Shown: one piece after another, positions 1 through 13,989 of the stretch
Position numbering within the stretch: position 1 is the first letter of the stretch
How the letters are laid out: every line of letters begins with the position of its first letter
Assembly (NCBI GenBank): GCA_964188305.1
Contig: OZ076894.1
DNA length: 64,000 nucleotides
Origin: Podarcis bocagei
Lineage: Eukaryota
Reading direction: 5' to 3' (one strand)
Made by a program: the position numbers and the translations under genes
Notes under the pieces: generated by a model
What the model was told of the DNA's origin: nothing
The model's input: the letters and a program-made list of their open reading frames with translations, nothing else
The model's database searches: none

Positions 1-1825
1 TAGAGAAAGGGGTGAGAGCCACCAGACCCACACAAGGAAATCTGTTTACCTGTTTGAGGAAAATCTGTTGTCATCCAACAGAGAAGGCACTTGTTCCTTA
101 GTGCTAAAATGCTAGACTCCAGGACAGGCATGCTTTTCATTGGGACTTCATTCTTTGTTACTGAACAGAAAGTTTCTGCTTGAGAAAAATCTATCTCCCT
201 GCTGTGTGTTGTTTCTGTAACTGCAAAGAAAACAGAAACATTTCCTTATCCCAGCTAAACATTTCTACTACAAGATTACATGCCAGTTACACCATGTGCC
301 AGCATATGTTATTGATTTGCCCAGAAATATGGCTTCCTTCTTCTCAGTGAGAGGTGAAAGCTTTATATGCGTTTTTCAAGTCTCTTTAAAAAAAACACCC
401 TGTGCTACTTAGCAGTGGAGACTTGAAGGTATTTTTGACAAGGACTGAAATTATCCTTCCTCATTTGCCCACCTCAGTAATATTGTAAGCCTGCTTGGCA
501 GAAAAAGGACCACTTTCAGTGTTCTGTCTAATACTTAGCAGATGCTTGATGTTACATAAATGTTAAATGCTTTGTGGTATTAAAGGGAGGAATTCCATCT
601 AATCTATGCTGACTGCGGACAGTACTGTTTCAAGGAAAGGGGAGCGTGAGTGGGGTAGAAGAATATATTTGTATGGTATCTTGCACCCTGGCTAGTCTAA
701 CAATTATTGTGCCCTTTCCCTTCAACATACCCACAAGTATATAAAATAAGCTTAAAATCCAGTTCAACTATGTTGGAATAAGAGCTCAACATTTAATTCT
801 TAGCATAACAAGCCGTTTTTAGTGACCTTCCATTTCCTCATTTGAGAAAAGGCTGAATAAACATGCATTTAATGTAGAACCTCTTTTCTCTCACAAATAA
901 AAAAGGTGAGAAAGCCTAAGGTAAAATGGAGCATAAATGACCAATCCCATCTGAGAACAGTTAAATGTTACTACCTTTGTCAGGGGCTTTCTCTTGGCAG
1001 TGCCAACAGGCCCTTCAGAATGACTGTAACTAACAGAATCAACAGCCAATGTTTGGAGTGGATGGAAAAGGAATGCATTAATAAAAACCAGATCCACAGA
1101 TCTTGTGAAAATATGTCAGAACACAGTAATGGCAGTGTCATTTTATTTTATATTTTATTTTTTTTAGAGAAAGCTATGATTGAAGGAGGGAAAACTATGT
1201 ACCATAAAGGGCATTGCTACCCAAAGGCTACCACTAAAGATTAGCAGCTTAAAAATGAAAAGAAATAGCACCATAAGTGCTCAAAATTATGAGAAGTAGA
1301 AGATGAGGAGGAATGTAAAAGTAACCTGTTTGCAGTCATAAACATACCTAATTCACATTTCCCAAAACAATACGTGAACTGAAAGACAGGCATCGTTCAA
1401 AATGTGCACTGCTCTGAATTTTCCAATGCAGTTCTCCAGCTCCACAGCATGTTTACAAAAACGTGTCTATTAGAGTAAATTGTGCACAATTGTGCATAGA
1501 TTCAGAAACTAACATACAAGAAATGTGCATATTTGGAGAAATGCACACTAAAATACTGTCAAACTTTAATGAGGATTTTGTTTTTAAAGTAAAAAAAAAG
1601 AATGACAAAGAGATATGGAAATTGGATGAACAGAAAAGCAGAAAAGTAAGAAACAGAGAGAAAGCAAAATGGACAGATTCAGCCACCCCTAGACGGGAGT
1701 CTTCCAAATGGTGATCATGCACTCTTTGGCACACCTTGTCACCTATGAAGTGAACTATGTCTAAAATGTTTTAATCAGTTTTCCAGATGAAAGCTGTTAT
1801 CTTGGAACCATTTATACCTGGTACT

Positions 1826-2243
1826 AATATTATTATTTTGTATCCCGCCCATCTGACTGGGTTGCCCTAGCCACTCTGGGCGGCTTCCAACATATATAAA
1901 AACATAATAAAACACTGAACATTAAAAAAAACTTCCCTAAACAGGACCGCCTTCAGAGGTCTTCTAAAAGTCAGATAGTTGTTTATTTCCTTAACATCTG
2001 ATGGGAGGCTGTTCCACAGGGCCAGTGCCACTGCCAAGAAGGCCCTCTGCCAGGTTCTCTGTAACTTCTTGCAGTGAGGGAACCACCAGAAGACCCTCGG
2101 AGGAGGATCTCAGGTTGAACGATGGGGGTGGAGACACTCCTTCAGGTATACATGGCTAAGGCTGTTTGGGGCTTTAAAGGTCAGCACCAACACTTTGAAT
2201 TGTGCCCAGAAACATACTTGGAGCCAATGAAGTTCTTTCAGGA
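1826..2243 (-). mobile_element. L2-clade LINE 3' fragment, degraded
   Basis: Minus-strand ORF LKELHWLQVCFWAQFKVLVLTFKA (L2 ORF2 C-terminus); 3' end resembles the copies at 33460 and 55370. Confidence 0.85.
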
Positions 2244-2705
2244 ACAGTATAAGTTGTTTCTTGACTTGGCTTGTTAGAGATTTACATGTCATATAGTTAT
2301 GTGGGAAGACAGGGTGGGGTAATTGATTTTTCTCCTGAAATATTTACTGTCAATATGCCATTCACTGCTGTACAATACAGATTCCATCACTTTACACAGT
2401 ACACTATTTATAGGTTGAGAAGGAGGATTGGAACAGCAAAATCAACAACACTTGGATGGCCACAGGCTCCCCACCTTGCATTAGGAGACTGTCAGGAGAG
2501 CAACACAATTACACCTGCACTGCCCCTTACGGGTGACAGAAGAAGTAGATGCACTTAGCAAATTGAGTTTCATTCCCTTCACAGAACCCATATGTGTAAT
2601 ATTGAGGAGCTGATTCATAAATTCGAAAATATGGTTCATCAATAATCATTCAATTGACATGGAGAAGATATGTCACATGACAGGATTCCATGTGATGAAT
2701 ACACA

Positions 2706-2841
2706 CCATACATTTAAAGCACACATCCCCCATTGATCCTGGGAACTGTAGTTTGTTAAGGGTCTGGGAAATGTAGTTTTGGGAGGGATAAACTATAGTT
2801 CCTGGGATTCATTGGAGGGAGGGATGTGCTGTAATTATATG
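2706..2841. mobile_element. Old palindromic MITE-like repeat
   Basis: Imperfect inverted ends catacatttaaagcaca / tgtgctgtaattatatg and internal gggaactgtagttt / aaactatagttcct. Confidence 0.55.
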
Positions 2842-3556
2842 TGCTTCTTACCTAATTATCTTAACCACACACTGAACATAAGGGCAGTTATGGTGGAATG
2901 AAGTATCATTTATTATCCTTTACTATTTATTTTATTTCAGAGCATTTTGGGAACAAACATAAAACAGTGAAACAATATCATAACTAAACATTAAAAACAG
3001 AAATTAGCAACAGAGTCCAGTCTTGTGGATCTTACTTAATGTCTTATGAATATATAGTATTTCTTCAAACTACTGTATACCCTTTTAGTGAAATTCAAAA
3101 TGTGTTAATAAATGCACCTGGAAGAGATATTCAAGCATCACAGAATAATGGACCCTGTTATCGTAGGAAAATACACATTGTAAAAGGTGTGATAAGTGGA
3201 GGTTTTATGTCTATACTGTATTATACCCTTTGGGTAGGAGGATACACAGAAAAAGTATAAAAATAAGGGGCACTTAATCCGTTAAAAACAACAATTTTGA
3301 ATCTCTGTGCTCCTTAACTTGTAAATAAGATTAGAGTTCTTCCTGTTTCTTTAATGAAAAGAAATAGTAAAAAATTCAAGTGTTTGACTGAAGCAATGTA
3401 TCTGGTTGTGTCAGAATTTCATGACAACAACTTTAAATGATGTTAAATAATGGAGACAGGCAGTTATAAAAACACAATAAATTGCAAGCCAGAGAAATTA
3501 TCAGCATGAGAGTGCATATAAAAATAGATTGCAGCATTTTCAAGCCAGATACTTGT

Positions 3557-4236
3557 TTTTATGAATTTTAAAGAATCGTATAAGGGATTTATTAGCCATA
3601 CAGGCTAGTTTATTCAGATAAGAGAAAGAGAATGATCTATATTTACCTCCTCTCGCTACTAATATGTTGTTGCATGCCACCCCAACCTCCAAACCTACGA
3701 GATTCCAAGGGTTCTAGGTGTTACCCAGGATCCGTGTTTCCTTTTGGAAGAAGGCACAGCAGAGACTGTGGTGTCTGTATGATATATGGTTCATTTACAC
3801 CTATATACAACCTGAGCCTATGATGGAGGGGTTCACAGCATCAACACCCCAACAGGGTTTTGCTTCTCACATAGGCACAGTTCTGGATTCAAACAGAGCT
3901 CAACCATTTCTCTGCCTCTCTGGCTTTCCAGATTTCTGACTTGCTACTTGGTCACATAACTCCCAACTCTCCCCTCTACTCTAAACTCTGGCTATATCTG
4001 TTTTGGAGGGGGGGCGGGCACCCATTTGCCAACTCACACCAAGCCCCTTTGATCCTTTGTTCTCTTAATAGCCCATCATTTCAGACAATCACACCATCAC
4101 AGGTTTAACTAGCTTTTGAGTCCAGAGACAGGCACACAGTGTGGCACACCAGTTTAGTACCCCAAGCCTTGGTTAAATTCTAACACTAACTTGATCCAGG
4201 GATTAAGAGGAGTCTGACACCCACAAATTCATAACA
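3557..4236 (-). mobile_element. Probable solo LTR
   Basis: Short inverted termini (ttttatgaattt ... aaattcataaca, ending CA); minus-strand AATAAA near 3588 and 3609; no clean target-site duplication (TSD) found. Confidence 0.35.
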
Positions 4237-5047
4237 GTATGAGATTATTATTCATGTTTCTCCCCAGCTTATATAATATGAAGTAGTCAGCTATGTTTCT
4301 GTCTCTTTTCTTCCTCCATGGAGCTGGCAGCATCTTACATGCGGTTCACATGTAAATATCCCATCCATTGAACCATCTCCTGTGCTTTCAGGCTGACTTC
4401 TCTGTTTCACTCTCTTGTATTAAGGAAGATCCTCTTTGGAAGAGATTATACTCATACCCACCTGCTCAACCAATGCTGGTAAGAGAATTGGGTTGCATGA
4501 GTTAAGTCTGGTCTCTGCATAGAGAAGAATAAGGTGCTGGAATCTCAAGATGGTAGAGTGAACTGCGCTGCTTCAGGACCACACTAGACACACCCTACCT
4601 CACATCTCTGGGTGTCCAAGACATATTGCAAAAAGACCATAAAGTTAATAAGCAGCTCATGACTGAGTTGGAAAGTTGGCTGCATTTTTTTTAAGGCCCA
4701 CGTTTCATACCAATAGGATTGCTCTCTTGCACACAAAACTAAATTGTATTTGGCATGATTCAGAAGCAGCTTCGCACACCTGAAATCGATTCAGAAGGCT
4801 ATCAAGTGTAAATTAGGCAAAATGACACACTTCTCCCCTCGTTGTCTAGTTTGGCATTTCTCAGTGGCCCGTCTTCCAAGCAGTTGGATAATTTCCTCTT
4901 CATTTCCTTGGTAAAAGCTTTATAAAAACTCCATGGCGGTTAAGTCCATCTAACCACAGTTGAGTGGTTCCTTTATTAGGACCAATCAAACAACAAATTT
5001 ATCACAAAATAATCACCAAGCTTTTGAATTCCTTGCAACCTCTAGAC

Positions 5048-5982
5048 CAGTGTTTCCCAAACGTTTTTGGGCAACGGCACACCTGTTTACCGGAAAAAAA
5101 TCTCGCGGCACACCACCATTAAAGCCCCGCCCCGTGACGTCAGCGCGCAGCGTCACGCCGGGAGGGAGGCACAAAAGTGAAAGTTTTTTCCCTCCCCCTT
5201 GCCGGGGTGGGAGGAGGCAGCAGAGCGAGGGACTGAGGGACGGCGGCAGCTGAGGCGGCCACCCCTCGACGCCGTCCCAAAAGCCGCCAAAAAGCCCTAA
5301 AAAAAGAGGAGCAGCACAAAAAACACACCACACACGGGGGGCGTGTTCTAATTCGCTTCTAACTCCGGGTTAGAGCGCAGCACGTGGAGGATGGGTGGGG
5401 AAAGAGAGAGGAGGCGCACTGATAGAACGCCAGGCACGGGGGCCGCCAGGGAGAGCCAGCGCGCGCCCCACCCCGGACGCTCGCGGCCACCGCCATCCCT
5501 CCCTCCCAGGGAAGGCGGGATTAGAGCAAGCGCCCGGGCAGCAAGAAGCGCGCGCGCGCCGGCCCTGCCCTGGATCCCTCAGAACCGCCAGTCTCTGGGA
5601 AAGTGGGCGTGGCTTCAGAACTCTCAGGCAGCAGCACCCGCCGCCCGGCAAGGCTTCCCATTGGGAGGCGCGAATGCTTTAGTGGGCGGGGATTGGTGCA
5701 AATATAGGCAGGGCGGGCTGAGAGGAGGAGCCGCCGCCGAGGAGCAGCGACACCAGCAGCGTTTCCTCTCCCCCCTCCCCTCCCGTGTCAACAAGCGGGG
5801 CGCCTGCGCCGGGGGTTTGCGCGTCAGGCAGGCAGCCAGCGAGAGCCCCGCGCTGGGCGGCCGCTGCTCGCCGCTGCCGCCCCGCGTCTCGCCGCCCGAC
5901 TCGCCCGCCTCCCTCCCACGGCACACTAGGCAACGTCTGGCGGCACACTAGTGTGCCGCGGAACACCGGTTGGGAAACACTG
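5048..5982. mobile_element. Non-autonomous hAT (Charlie-like) DNA transposon with CpG-rich interior
   Basis: 13-bp terminal inverted repeats (TIRs) cagtgtttcccaa / ttgggaaacactg; perfect 8-bp TSD ctctagac (5040-5047, 5983-5990); repeated subterminal ggcacac motifs. Confidence 0.92.
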
Positions 5983-8519
5983 CTCTAGACCTTATCAAGA
6001 GTTCTAGTGGCTGAAAAATTTACTCACTATTTGGTGACATTTTGGTTGGTCCTAATAAAGATATTGCACAACTGTTGAGTTTGGAATCTACTACTAAGAC
6101 TTTTTCCCATTGAAATAGACTAAAAAAAACTAGGGGGGAAGATTTTTTTTTTTAATTGCATCTATCGTCTTCTTGTGCCTGAATCTGCATTAAAAAAAAA
6201 AAAAATTAGGTGCTGCTGTGGCATTAATTTGGAATCCTCCTTAATTCTGCTGAAGCAAACATTCATGCAAGAAGCAAATAGGGTACCTGGTAAAAGTATC
6301 CCCCTCCCCCAGCTTTAGCTCAAACACTCAGCTAAGAGTAATAGGCAAAATGCCTGCCTTAAGTGCAATGATCTGCTATTCACAGTTTGTACTTGAAGAA
6401 AGTTGCAATTAATTCACTGCAGCTGGTTATTGTTCAGGATAATTGCTATAGCAGAATAATACTTGGGAATCAAATGTCAGGGAGCTCACCACTTCTTTCT
6501 CCAGGAATGCAGTTTTCCATCTATGTTTTAAAATGGAAAAAATTCAAGATCATCAGGTGCTCATTGTAAACATGAAAAGCAACACTCAGTGTTGTTATGT
6601 TTGTTCTTCGTGGGATCAGCTCTGGTCTACGAACATTAGCCTGATGTGACAAAGGCTACTGATTTGGATAAAAATTGTTGTGGTAATTTAGATGTATAGA
6701 TTCAAATTCATCAGTGATTACTCTAATATAAACAGGAATGCAACACATATCACTATAGTGGGAAGGACTGTCCAGGTGATGTTTGCACCTGTCCAGGTGT
6801 TAATTTCAAGTGCCTCTGCTCTGCCTTGTTATGGTTCCAGATCTTTAAGCCAGCCATGGACTGAACAACTGCAAATGGAGGACTTCTTTAACTAGATGAC
6901 TCTCCTCTTAAAATAAAACGCATGCACACACCATGCACAGAACAGACTGTTTTAAGTCGGAGGGAAGTTCTGGTGCTACTTTGCAAGATTTTGAATAGGT
7001 ACATTAATAACTTGAGTTCTTTTCAACATAGCACTTTTTATGCTTCTACAAAGTAATAGTTTGACCCAATGTTCCTAGTTCCTTCCATTAGCAGATTTGT
7101 TCACTGCTGCAAAGGTTTCTTCTATACACTACTGTATTCTGAATTAACTAATGCATTAGCTTTCTAAATGCTCATGGATTCAAGGGCTAGAGAAGAAACT
7201 ATTGATAGATCTACCTTGTCCAAAGCTTTTATTTTTTCATCCAAGCACAATAAACATTTTAAATAAAGAAAAATCATTACAATGAAACGCTCCCCCAAGT
7301 ATCTTGTTGTGAAGCGATTTTTCAGCATGCAAAACATTCAACAGCATTCCTCAGCCTGCTTTTATTTAAAAGAACAACAGTGACATCTAGTGTGGATTGT
7401 AGTGTGGAATGACTGCTTAGGAAATGTTGATTGCTTTGGAGTCCCGCAATAAATCCTAGATCAGAAAACTTGCAAATCTTATGAACAGGAATATATTCAG
7501 GAATCGCAATGGCTGTGATCCTGCACACACTTTTGGACAGCAGAATCCTGCTCATCTAAAGGGGAACACCTTTTCATGAACAGAGCGAGCTATTAAAAGC
7601 TGTATGACAGGTAAAAATCAGCAGGTAAAGATGAAGCTTTAGTTATCATAATACGAAGAAAAAGCTCTCCTTTTATCAGTGGTAATATAGGGAAGCACTG
7701 TTCCAGGACTGTTTTTTGTGGGTAGGAGTGATGACATCATCAGTCAGAGCACCACTAAAATTTGCATACTCTCCGTTATCTGGACAAAATGAATTAGGTG
7801 ACAAAGAGACTTTCAAGATTGTGACAGATTAGCCTAGATGAAGTAAGAGAATTAGCAAAATACTCATGCAGAGGCTAAGTACTCATTTCCTTTGCTTTGA
7901 TTGGTGTTGCTATTTCACCGCAGCACTTTAAATGATAACACTTACTTGAAAACCTGTATGTTTCATTAGGATTTTTTTTATAAAAAAAACTGATGTGGAA
8001 ATGTGGAGAACTGAACCTAAGACTGCAACAAAAAGAGAAATTGAGGCGGCGGCGGTGGGGGGGGGAACGACCCAATCAGATAGATTTGCTCATCTCTAAT
8101 CATGACTAATTTCAGTCCATTTATTTCAATATGCCTACTCTGTGTGTGAGATAGCAGGATTACAACTGTATGCCGCTACAAGGGTTTCACTGATAAATAA
8201 GGATTCTTCCAAGCAAAGGAAAAATCCTACTGGTGGTAGGTTCATGCTTAACGATGCTGTCCCTTCTATTTTCCCACCATCCCCTTCCTGGTTCTTTTTC
8301 TTTGATTAAGAAGCATGAAAGCTCCTGAACTCAGTCCTTCTATTATTGTGTAACAAATAGATTTCAAAGGCTTATTACAGCCATGCCTTGACAATTCTTT
8401 CTAGTTCATAAGCATTCGTGCTGAGGAAAAAGGCCTAACAAACCCTGTGTTGTTTCTATTTAGCACTTGAGTTTTGCTTCATGCATCTAAGGAATTCATC
8501 AAAATATGGGGGAAAACAT

Positions 8520-9160
8520 TTTTTACACAAGCATTATGGAAAGAGGTGTCACGGACATCCTGTGATCTGTCTGGAAGCAGAAGGGCCAACAGCTCCTCTG
8601 CTTCAGCATCCTCCTCATAGTGGCCAAGTAGATGCCTATGAGAAACCTCACGGCAGGACCTGAGCAAAACAGCCTTCTCCCAGTTTGTGATTCCCAGTAA
8701 CTGGCATTCAGAGGCATACAGTGTAGATGGAGGCTAGCAGCCTTGTCCTCTATGAATTTATCTAACCCTCTTTTAAAGCCATCCCAGTTGATGTCCATCA
8801 CTACACCTTGTGGGTGCAAATTTCATACCTTGCTCTGTGCAAAGAAGTAGAGTGGTACCTTGGTTCTCGAATGTAATCCGTTACAGAAGTGCATTCAATT
8901 TCTGAAATGTTGGAAAACCAAGGCACAGATTCCGATTGGCACAGGCATGCTGGAAACCATAGCTGACAGCTGCATCAGACATTCAGCTTCTGAAAAACGT
9001 TCAAAAACCGGAACACTTCTGGGTTTTCGGCTTTCGGGAATGGATTTGTTCATTGGCTAAGCTGTTTGAGGACCAAGGTTCCACTTTACTTCCTTTTGTC
9101 TGCCCTGAATTTTCCAACATTCAGATTCATTGGATAACCCATAATTTTAATATTGTGAGG
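8520..9160 (-). mobile_element. Old CR1 LINE 3' fragment interrupted by a MITE
   Basis: Minus-strand translation VVMDINWDGFKRGLDKFIEDK (CR1 ORF2 end); boundaries approximate. Confidence 0.7.
8850..9086. mobile_element. Tc1/mariner (pogo/Tigger-like) MITE
   Basis: TA-flanked; degenerate TIRs agtggtaccttggttctc / gaggaccaaggttccact; similar to 36610-36821. Confidence 0.75.
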
Positions 9161-9964
9161 GGTCTTTGGTTCAATCTTTACCTAAGCAATGTTGATTATA
9201 GCAGTTGCTTTAGGCAAGATGCTCTGTCTCCCAGCTCCAAACAGTTTTATGAAATTATGTTAAGTTCCACTACCTGTAAACTTATTTGTGGATTCACCAA
9301 AAGAAAGTTTAACCATATGACTCTCTGTTGTCTGAGCCAAGTTGTCAGGCTACCCACATGCATTTGGTATGCAGGCAGCCTGTGTGAAGCAAATGGAACA
9401 GTGTATGCAGAAACGCTTTAGTAAGAGATTAATCAAAATTAAACTGGTGGTCATGCAGAGTAAACTGCATTTGTACATGATCCAACTTGGATCAATTCAG
9501 CATTATTACACCTTCTAGGCTAATGGTCTGGGCTAATGGTGTGCAAAATATCCATTTAAAAATAGATAACAGTTTCATTTGAATCACAGCCTAAAATGGT
9601 AGCTTCAGGCGTCTAATTCCTTCTCCCCTTCCAGCGATAATTCTGAAATTTACACAAATGCACCCCAATAATGCATGTGCCAAAAATAAAAAGTTGTTGT
9701 TGAGAGCAAGAATATGGGATCATGAAGTAATCTAGTTTAGCTTGTTCAAAACAAATTTGCTGAAGAAATTATAGGCTGTCCATGGAGAATGAAAACAAAA
9801 TCTCTTTTTTCCCCCAAGGGGAAGAATTATAATAACACAGGAGTGGTAGTAGACCAATGCAGGACAGAGAGAAACAGATGTGCAGGTTATCTAGTTCACT
9901 GGTCCTTAGTTTTCAACCACTGTGCTAATTCTGTAGTATTAACTACAACAGGTAGAACCTAGTT

Positions 9965-10102
9965 AAGGGGAGGAGAATCTGTGACCCCATCCCAATGTTG
10001 ATGGATTACATTTCCCATCTTCCTTCACTATCTGGTTTTCCTGGCAGAGGCCAATGGGAGTCCTACAAGATCTGGGGCAAGGGTACAGGTTCCTCATCCC
10101 TG
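9965..10102. mobile_element. Degraded short hAT-like MITE
   Basis: Ends aaggggaggagaatctgt / acaggttcctcatccctg; flanks acctagtt / atctagat resemble an NNCTAGNN target. Confidence 0.5.
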
Positions 10103-12307
10103 ATCTAGATTTCTGTTCCCCAGCAGCAGCGCCAACTGTAGTTATGGTGGTAACAGCCAGCGAAACATGTAAGAAATATGTCCTGGTCTACTTGAACTCT
10201 TCATGAAACATCTTCAGTCCAAATTTCTCCTGCCAGGTCTGTTCTACTGCAACATAGATCTGTACTGCTGTGATTTTATTACCACAACTAACCATCTTGC
10301 AGCCTTCAGGTGAAAACTGCCACCTGCCAAGGAGGTTTATCTGAAGAAAGGACAGCAGAGTAAATTCATGAGGCACAGCCTAGAGTTTAAAAGACATGCT
10401 CATGAGAACAATAAGAGGCAAGGAAGGATCAGGCATAAGAGAAAACAAAATTGAAGTCACACATATCCTCTCCTGAGCAGGCAGAGGGAGTCTCTGTGGG
10501 GTTTCCATGGGGCCACCCATATGTATGCAGGCAGCCAGTTTTTTCATTGGCCAAGCAACAAGCACAGCCAAGCAGCAGGACAGGCCAAGACATTTTCCTG
10601 CCTCAGGCACCCCCTCCCATCCAATGTACATAGCACCAGAGGCCCAGGATTGGCCCAGTCATTAGACAGGGTAAAGCCTCAGGTGGCAGAAGTCCCTGAA
10701 GAACTGCTCCCTCAGGTGCCCCACCTGCCCCCGCCGTTGGTGGAGAAGTGGTGTCGGCATCAGTGCTGATTTCCAGTGAAATTTTGCGGAGCACAAGAGT
10801 TCTCACTGAAAATTGGCAAGACATTGCAATAAATTGGTGCTGAAGCTGGCACCAGTTCTCTGCCAGCTATAGGGTAGGTGGCATAGGTGGCAGTGAAAGC
10901 AGCAGGGCAGGGAGGCACTTCCGGTTTCACCTCAAGAGGTGAAATAGGATGTGCCACCCCTGCAAAGGTCAGTCAAGTTGTTTTGGCACCAAAGGTAGAA
11001 AATCCAACAAGTGTCTCTCTCTCTTACCCTCCCTGGCAGTAAAACTACAGCAATAATAAATACAGGAAGTTTACAAGGCACTGCCCTTTCATGAGACCCC
11101 AAATCAGATGCCTGGGGTGCCTCCCCCCAAAAAATGTCTTAGGACCATTCGTAAGAGGCAGTCAAGGGTGATAAGGCCTATGTAAAATGGCTTCCTCAGG
11201 GCTCAGCTGTTGGCCTACAAGTTCTCTCTACAGGTCCAAAGCTGATAAAGGGAGTGGTCATGGATTCCACCATCCTTTTCTATGGTTATGTACGTTGCTC
11301 TCTATAAGTGAAGTGAAAATAAATTCCTGTGGGTTTCGCTGCAAATGTGCCTGGTGTCTTTTGAGCCAAAGCTATTCAGGGGAAGAGTTAACAAAAGTGA
11401 CACTCACAGAATACAAGGCATTCCAACGTCTCCTGAGAAATTCAAGGGACAATATGCTGATGCTTGTACACTCCATGAGCTCCCTCAGTAGAACTCTCTC
11501 ACTTCCCAAAGCACTAGGGCCTCCAGTTTGTTTATTTTTTTAAAATTTGGAAATGTCTTCAAACCAGGACAAGGAGCACAATTGTAGACCAGCCACTAAA
11601 AATGAGGCAGTTTGCATGCTTCAGAACCATCCATTCAGAACAACCCTGTGGAAAAAGTAATGCATGGACTATATTGGTATGACGATTTTGCAAGTTGATG
11701 CTTCCCAGAGGTGGTTTGCATGAATGGAGCAGCTGAAAAAAATGTGCCATTGTACACATGCATGTGGTTGTACAGTTCATCACACTGGCTCCACCACGGC
11801 TTCCTCCTCACAGCTGGCCATCTTCACAAATAAAATAACCATAATCACTCTTGAAAGTCTATGGAACTCTATTCAGAACTCACTGAAATGTGCATTAAAG
11901 GAATACATAAATCATTATCTGCTTCAGTAACCCTGGAAAATCTCATGTTTGCCACAACATTAGAGGAACTGCTACATAGGAAGGTCAGCCATTCCTACCT
12001 GTTCCAGATGTTATGGGTATTACAAAGCCTTGGGGGCTTCCTTCCCTAAAGCACCGTAGAATAAACAAGTGCTTCAGGGTTGCCAAACCAAGAACACGCC
12101 TGGCTTCCCTGGTAATTTGCTTTGCTCCATTTATTTTTAAATTATGTCAGGAAGGTCAGTGCCGAGATGAAAAATGCAACTGTACCACTGCGCATTTTCC
12201 AAAATACACCCCCTTTTGTTGCCTGTTGCTCTTTTAGAATGTACCATGGGCTCTGCTCAAATGCTCCTCACAGCAAATTAATAGTGCCTCCCCACAAAAG
12301 AATAATA

Positions 12308-12841
12308 CCGTATTTTTCGCCCCATAGGGCGCACTGGCCCATAGGGCGCACCTAGTTTTTTTTTGGGGGGGGGAATAAAGAAAAAAAATTATTTCCCCCC
12401 AGGAGTGGGGCTGGGGTGGGGGAAGCGCGCCAGTCTCCCCAGGCTTGCGGATATCTGCCTGACGGCTTCGGGATGCAGGCAACTCCGCAAACCAGGTCGG
12501 GGAATAGCGGGATGACGGCGCTCCACCTTCCCGCTGTCCCCTGAGCTTGTGGGGCTGCCCGATATCTGCACAAAGCCCAGGGCGCGCTGTGCGGCGCGCC
12601 TCAGGCTTCGGGATGCAGGCTGCTATCCTCAAGCCTTGGGAGCCCGAGGGGAACTCCTGCGGAGCTCCGAAGGCTTGCGGATAGCTTCCTGAAGCTTGGA
12701 GAGCGAGAGGGGTCGGTGCGCACCAACCCCTCTCACTCTCCAGGCTTCAGCGAAAGCCTGCATTCACCCCATAGGACGCAAACACATTTCCCCTTCATTT
12801 TTGGAGGGGAAAAGGTGCGTCCTATAGGGCGAAAAATACAG
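12308..12841. mobile_element. Tc1/mariner-superfamily MITE with CCGTATTT-type TIRs
   Basis: TIRs ccgtatttttcgccccatagggcgcac / gtgcgtcctatagggcgaaaaatacag; TA on the left flank; CpG-rich interior with repeated ggcttcgggatgcaggc. Confidence 0.85.
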
Positions 12842-13768
12842 TGATTAAAAGACTTGTATTATTAATTTTCAGGCATAAGCCATCCATTGCTGCTCGTGCA
12901 TGAGCTTCACTAAATGAATCAGGAACAGGCTGGAGGTGTACAGGATAGAATTCTATGGTCGCAACCTGGAAGGCTCCTATACTGTGAGTGCATAAAAAGA
13001 GCCCAGCTCAATCAGGCCAAAGGAAGCACACAAGGGGAGGGGAGAGTATGTAGGTCTGAGGGTTGCTCATGAAATGCCAAACCATGGTTTTTATATTGTT
13101 TGTGAATTAAAAATCGTTAACCTTAACCTATCTAATAAGTAGGATGCCTCTCTCACTCTTGTGCTTCCAAATTTGCATAAGCAGAATTCCTTATTTCCTA
13201 CTATTGGGATGAGGGACTGTTGGTCTGTGTTGTGACACTCACAGTATGCTTTCAAAGAATTGCCGTAGGAAACACACAAAAATTCTTAAGTGGATGACTT
13301 ATCAGGGCATTTAACACCAACAGATGTGAACCAGGCCTCGTTTTGTCATGAAATTTGGAACACATTATTAAGGATGCTCAGTGCTCGTGTCCACCAGAGA
13401 GTGGCCTCAGTTGTTTAGAAACCTCAGCTGAAGTCATTTTAACAGCTTGCATGAAACTTCTGGGGGATAAGTTTGATTAACTTAGTTTGGATGCAATGCT
13501 CACTACTTTTATTCTCAGTATGCCACTCCAAGATGCATTAGAGCTCCTTAATTTGTCTGGTGTTACCCCCACCCCACCTCAAACTGCTTTCAAGCATACC
13601 CACTGCTGAATCTATGGAGTGATTTAGCAAACATTTCATACTCCACCAGTCACTGCAGAAAAGTACATAAACATCAAGCCAACCAGGCCACTGGGAAATC
13701 ATCCAGTGCTGCCTGTTAGGGTAATCAAAACAGCCATGACATAAACACTTAGGTTGCGGGGATAGGTA

Positions 13769-13808
<40 letters not shown>
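13769..13808 (+). repeat. (CTAT)n microsatellite
   Basis: About 10 tandem units. Confidence 0.95.
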
Positions 13809-13989
13809 TAATAAAATATCTAGAATGGATGAGCCAATGCCTAGCCACCGGCCATGTTGGTGGATGGGAGTCAAATTATATAGAAAGGACATTGTGTCAG
13901 CTACCCTAATCTAGTACCATGCTACTCAGGAATAGTGAACTCCAAAACAGATGAAGAATCTGAGAAAATTGCTATTCTGAAGGAGTGGA

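Noticed and set aside
5013-5988. Many overlapping ORFs up to 186 aa
   Set aside because: They arise from the scarcity of stop codons in the GC-rich transposon interior; low complexity and no recognisable domain.
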